A DNA stretch of 64,000 nucleotides, from assembly GCA_963664815.2 (NCBI GenBank), contig CAXXHB010000003.1, positions 1,280,001 to 1,344,000 on the forward strand, given 5' to 3'. The DNA is from Spirochaetota bacterium. Its GTDB lineage: Bacteria > Spirochaetota > UBA4802 > UBA5550. Both the position numbers and the translations under genes were made by a program. The notes beneath the pieces are model-generated. The model did no database searches, was not told the DNA's origin, and worked only from the letters and a program-made list of their open reading frames with translations. Each line of letters begins with the position of its first letter. The first letter of the stretch is position 1. This document shows, piece after piece, positions 62,744-64,000 of this stretch.

Positions 62744-64000
62744 ATGAGCATTTTCAGCAGTTTAAATAATTTTTTTCTTGATCGGTTTTATGATAAACCA
62801 TTTCTTCTCCAGCAGCGCGTAAAGGCTTTTATGTGGGTGGAGATTGTCCTTGTCACTTTTGTTTCAGTTTCGGTAGCATCTACCAACATTACAAAGCCTG
62901 AATCGGCCGGCCTTCTTTATAATCTGAATAATTGTTCCATAATCGCCGGATGCATTATATGCCTGCTGCTTCTGCGACGGGGCAGATACTGGATTGCCAT
63001 ATATATAGGCATGATTCTGCCGATTCTTCTGCTGGGTATGCAGGGTTATAATGTCCCTACACAGTCCGGCAAGTATATATATATGTTCTACATGATGATG
63101 TTTCTTGTGATGGCGGCTATATTCGGCAACAAAGTTACCATTTCATTTATCGCTGCCTGTATAACAATCATCGGTATTTTTATTGTGCATACGGCAGGTT
63201 CACTGCTGAAACCACGCGATGCCATGAGCACAATGATCAATTATACCATAGTAAATATCGTTATTGCCAACCTCTGTTTTCTCATCTCGACAATTGTACG
63301 GAATTCCATCAATGAAGCGGAGAGTAAAAAAACAGAGGTGGAGCTGCAGTTGAAATCAATAAGAGAGATCGTTGCAACCGGTTCACATGCGGTCTCCACA
63401 ATGACGGAAGCGGTGGGGATTATGGATTCAGGCGCGTCTTCTTTTTCAGATAACGCCCAGGCGCAGGCATCGGGAATTGAGGAGATAACGGCAACAATTG
63501 AAGAGGTCACAGCAACTGCTGAGTCATCTGAAAATACCACAGTACAGCATTCCATGATGATCCTTGAGCTTATTGAAAGCCTTAAAGGGATGCACTCTCT
63601 GGTGACAGAGGTGCGCCTGAAAATGTCGGATGCCCTGCTGATCCGCAGGGATTTAAATACCAGAATGGAGGTTTCCCAGGAGGAGACAAAACGCTGTCTC
63701 ACCGCGATGAAAAACGCAATGGAGAGCAGCAGAAAGGTCGCCGAGGCTACAAGCCTTATAAATGATGTCTCCGATCAGATTAACCTTCTTTCCCTTAATG
63801 CCTCAATTGAAGCTGCAAGGGCGGGAGCGCAGGGGAGGGGTTTTGCGGTAGTCGCCGATGAAGTCGGGAAGCTGGCTGAGCTTACACAGCAGACAGCAAA
63901 GGAGATAACCACCCTTGTAAAACAGACGGAACAGGAGATGATGGCTACCGGCAGCGCACTTGGAAACGTGGCGGAAGCAAATACAGACGTTATCAGGCTG
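62744..64000 (+). CDS. Methyl-accepting chemotaxis protein, multi-TM (runs off window; absent from ORF track)
   Basis: AAGGAG RBS, ATG at 62744, open frame to the end with [37 protein letters not shown]. Confidence 0.93.
   Translation, partial: MSIFSSLNNFFLDRFYDKPFLLQQRVKAFMWVEIVLVTFVSVSVASTNITKPESAGLLYNLNNCSIIAGCIICLLLLRRGRYWIAIYIGMILPILLLGMQGYNVPTQSGKYIYMFYMMMFLVMAAIFGNKVTISFIAACITIIGIFIVHTAGSLLKPRDAMSTMINYTIVNIVIANLCFLISTIVRNSINEAESKKTEVELQLKSIREIVATGSHAVSTMTEAVGIMDSGASSFSDNAQAQASGIEEITATIEEVTATAESSENTTVQHSMMILELIESLKGMHSLVTEVRLKMSDALLIRRDLNTRMEVSQEETKRCLTAMKNAMESSRKVAEATSLINDVSDQINLLSLNASIEAARAGAQGRGFAVVADEVGKLAELTQQTAKEITTLVKQTEQEMMATGSALGNVAEANTDVIRL

Noticed and set aside
63241-63702. 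153-aa minus-strand ORF
   Set aside because: Antisense shadow of the MCP starting at 62744.

Overview
AT-rich bacterial chromosomal segment. The gene content (FadL-type outer-membrane protein, multi-TM AraC regulator, several MCPs, Fe-S and radical enzymes) suggests a motile, diderm anaerobe, possibly a Leptospirae-related spirochaete; this taxonomy is inference only. About 43 CDSs: housekeeping (dxs, efp, Xaa-Pro peptidase, trxB, cold-shock protein, mntH), dense signal transduction (3 MCPs, CheW, 3 GGDEF cyclases, 4 histidine kinases, 2 stand-alone regulators) and lipid metabolism (two acyl-CoA ligases, a 1.4k-aa CoA-substrate activase fusion). No rRNA, tRNA, CRISPR, transposase or phage genes were recognised. 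Most notable: (1) a minus-strand cluster dsrE2-tusA-DsrM/NarI-like-DsrK/HdrD-like-fadL-Cys-rich merR with no dsrABC nearby, preceded by a perfect 56-bp palindrome reading TTGACA-N20-TATAAT (MerR-type spacing) on both strands, a candidate sulfane/elemental-sulfur uptake and reduction module; (2) a metallophosphoesterase fused to a Pol-beta-type nucleotidyltransferase; (3) four dispersed copies of a ~100-115-bp intergenic element with a covarying hairpin; (4) a His-rich miniprotein behind a near-consensus promoter and a long structured leader; (5) EF-P with a PARG loop. All calls come from reading motifs by eye; no database searches were run.
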